Source: Verrucomicrobiota bacterium
GTDB taxonomy: Bacteria; Verrucomicrobiota; Verrucomicrobiia; Opitutales; Seribacteraceae
Direction: 5' to 3'
Assembly (NCBI GenBank): GCA_027622665.1
Contig: JAQBYT010000002.1
Location: 1-64,000 of the forward strand
Length of the DNA: 64,000 bases
In this document: piece by piece, positions 61,825 to 64,000 of the stretch
Position numbering within the stretch: the first letter of the stretch is position 1
Layout: each line of letters opens with the position of its first letter
Notes under the pieces: generated by a model
The model's database searches: none
Told to the model about the DNA's origin: nothing
What the model saw: only the letters and a program-made list of their open reading frames with translations
Program-made: the position numbers and the translations under genes

Positions 61825-62090
61825 GAAACGCTGATGCGTGCAATGGGGCTTGACTCGCTGATCACTTCCAAACTTCGAAAGGTGTGGATTACCCCGTAGT
61901 GTCCGAATAATCGAATCATCACCAATCAGGCGGCGTCCCGGTGGTAGTAGCGCAACAATCCACCCAGCCGCTCGCGGCATTTTACGACGCCGCCACCGTC
62001 CGCCTCAAAGTCCGCCTCGATAATTTTGTTTCCGAGGCCCTGATGGTTCCTCTCCAAGCGGTAGTGCTCGCAGAAATGATGGACCGCCCG
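61825..62090 (-). mobile_element. rve-type IS transposase 3' remnant, copy 2
   Basis: ERNHQGLGN..CRERLGGLLRYYHRDAA. Confidence 0.82.
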
Positions 62091-62401
62091 CCTCAGGGAT
62101 CCCTTTCCGATCAAAGGGTAAAGGGGGCTCAGAGAAAAGGGGTCTGGACGAAATATTTGCAGAGCCAGCCTGACCCATTTCCCCATCAAACGAGGAGCCG
62201 AATTGATTGCGCTCGCAGATCTGAGACAAATCCCTTCAAGGGATCAGTGACGAGGAAGATCGAATTAACTTTATCACCCGGAGCCCGCTTTCTTCCTGCA
62301 AGTTAAACACCGAACAACCGCTTTCTCCCCCTCTCCGATCTCCTCAACAACGTTCTCAGAGACACCCCGCAAAAAGCAAATTCCTAGCAACGAGACTTTC
62401 C

Positions 62402-62680
62402 ATGAATTTCCGCCGCCTAACTCGATCGTTTTTCACAATCGCTACCTTGCCGCTAGTGCTGTTCGCCTTGCCTACCTTCGCCGCCGAGGTTCCCGATTTA
62501 CTTCCCGACCCGGATGGCAAGCCGACCGACATGCCCAAACCCGTGCAGGTGTACCTCCTCATGGGCCAGTCGAACATGGTAGGCGCCGGGAGAATTGCCG
62601 GAGACAAGGACGGAAGTGTCGAACATACGGTGAAAGCCAGGCAGAAATACCCCTACCTTGTGGATGACGCCGGCAAAGCC
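62402..62680 (+). pseudogene. SASA esterase N-terminal fragment
   Basis: Signal peptide, VYLLMGQSNMVG, YPYLVDDAG then similarity lost. Confidence 0.7.
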
Positions 62681-62788
62681 CAGCGCACGGTCATCGCCTC
62701 GGTCCAGAAGTCGAAATGCGAATTCTCCCGACGCATCGCCAGGTGCTTGACCGCCAAGTGGAGGTAGCGGTAAGGTTCTTACTTGATT

Positions 62789-64000
62789 ATGAAACTTTTC
62801 CTTTCATCCCTTCTCGCTCTCGTTTCCTTGGTCGCAGGAGGAGCGATGTCCAAGAGTCAGCCGAACCTTGTCTTTATTCTCGCCGACGACCTTGGCATCG
62901 GTGACGTCAACTGCTATGGCGGCGAACGTTGCCTGATCGAAACGCCGAACATCGATGCCCTGGCCAAGGGCGGTCTGCGCTTCACCGACGCCCACGTCAA
63001 CGCGTCCATCTGTGGACCCACTCGGCGGGCTCTCATGACTGGACGGTACCCGTGGCGGTTCGGGGCCACCATCAACAACGGGCCGTGGGGGTTCTGCGGA
63101 CCTCGCCCAAACACCGAGAAGTTCACCCTCGGGAAACTGTTCAAGAGGGCAGGGTACGGGACCGGATACGTCGGCAAATGGCACCTTGGCACAACCATGG
63201 CTACGGTGGACGGGAAAACTCAGGGCCTTACCAACGTCGATTTCAAGAAACCCCTGATTTACGGCCCGGCCCAGTTCGGGTTCGACCACAACTTCATTCT
63301 CCCCGGATCGCTCGACATGTATCCCTACGCCTATGCGCGCAACCATTTTTGGCAGGGGGAAGTCACTGCCCAAAAAGGCTGGAGCGCGTTCAACCGGGTA
63401 GGTCCGGCGGAAAAGGATTTTCAGGACCACGAAGTACTGGAAACCTTCTACACCGAAGCCGAGTCCTTCATCGCCAGGCAGAAAAAAGAGAAGCCCTTCT
63501 TTCTTTTCCTCGCTCTCACTGCCCCGCATACGCCGACGAGTCCAGGCGTGAAGTGGCGTGGCAAGAGCGAGCTCGGGGTCTACGGGGATTTCGTCATGGA
63601 GGTCGACCATTCGGTCGAGAGAGTCATGAATGCCTTGAAGGCAAGAGGACTGGACGGCAACACCTTGGTCTTGTTTTCATCGGATCACGGGCCGGCTCCC
63701 TATGCTGGTAATATCCTCGAGGCTACACCTGCCCAGATCAAAAAGTTGGAAGCCAAGGGGCACTTTCCCGGAGGACCTCACCGCGGATACAAATTCTCGC
63801 TCTACGAAGGTGGCCTGCGGGTTCCTCTGATCGCCCATTGGCCCAAGAGCATAAAATCGGGTGGTTCCTGCGATGCCCTTGTTGGCCTAAACGATTTCTC
63901 GGCGACCTTTGCCGAGCTGACGGGCGAGAAACTTGCAGATGACGAGGCCCCTGACTCGATAAGTTTCGCCAAGCTTTTGAAGAACCCGGGAGGGGAGGGG
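62789..64000 (+). CDS. arylsulfatase, runs off window end (not in ORF track)
   Basis: MKLFLSS..QPNLVFILADDLG..CGPTR..GKWHLG..SDHG..YEGGLRVP. Confidence 0.92.
   Translation, partial: MKLFLSSLLALVSLVAGGAMSKSQPNLVFILADDLGIGDVNCYGGERCLIETPNIDALAKGGLRFTDAHVNASICGPTRRALMTGRYPWRFGATINNGPWGFCGPRPNTEKFTLGKLFKRAGYGTGYVGKWHLGTTMATVDGKTQGLTNVDFKKPLIYGPAQFGFDHNFILPGSLDMYPYAYARNHFWQGEVTAQKGWSAFNRVGPAEKDFQDHEVLETFYTEAESFIARQKKEKPFFLFLALTAPHTPTSPGVKWRGKSELGVYGDFVMEVDHSVERVMNALKARGLDGNTLVLFSSDHGPAPYAGNILEATPAQIKKLEAKGHFPGGPHRGYKFSLYEGGLRVPLIAHWPKSIKSGGSCDALVGLNDFSATFAELTGEKLADDEAPDSISFAKLLKNPGGEG

Noticed and set aside
62804..63711. 268-aa (-) and 260-aa (+) ORFs in the track
   Set aside because: Shadows of the arylsulfatase frame starting at 62789

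Overview
Window from a PVC-superphylum bacterium (Verrucomicrobia/Planctomycetes-type DUF1553, DUF1501, DUF1552, DUF1592, CxxCH heme proteins, sulfatases, DUF4838, sialate O-acetylesterases). It is heavily decayed, with many nonsense mutations and deletion chimeras. Three integron gene-cassette arrays with no integrase in the window (CALIN-like) interrupt it: ~3.9-8.0 kb (-), ~24.1-35.5 kb (-) and ~37.2-41.1 kb (+), plus a solitary attC at ~60.9 kb. About 20 attC sites were read directly, and most cassettes show matching R'/R'' cores. Cargo includes candidate anti-phage genes (OLD-type ATPase/Toprim nuclease, HEPN-like, SIR2-like, AbiU2-like HEPN), four type II toxin-antitoxin cassettes, lipoproteins, MarC, and an MFS plus methyltransferase pair. 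A group IIC-attC intron sits in one attC and an IS91-family remnant lies inside array 2. The most notable signal is two unrelated cassettes 26 kb apart whose cores are a self-complementary GATCTAC/GTAGATC pair (GAT instead of the canonical GTT) with near-identical flanks. A 30-bp direct repeat brackets the TA-cassette array. No tRNA, rRNA or CRISPR was seen. Family assignments are from motif recognition only, not database searches.
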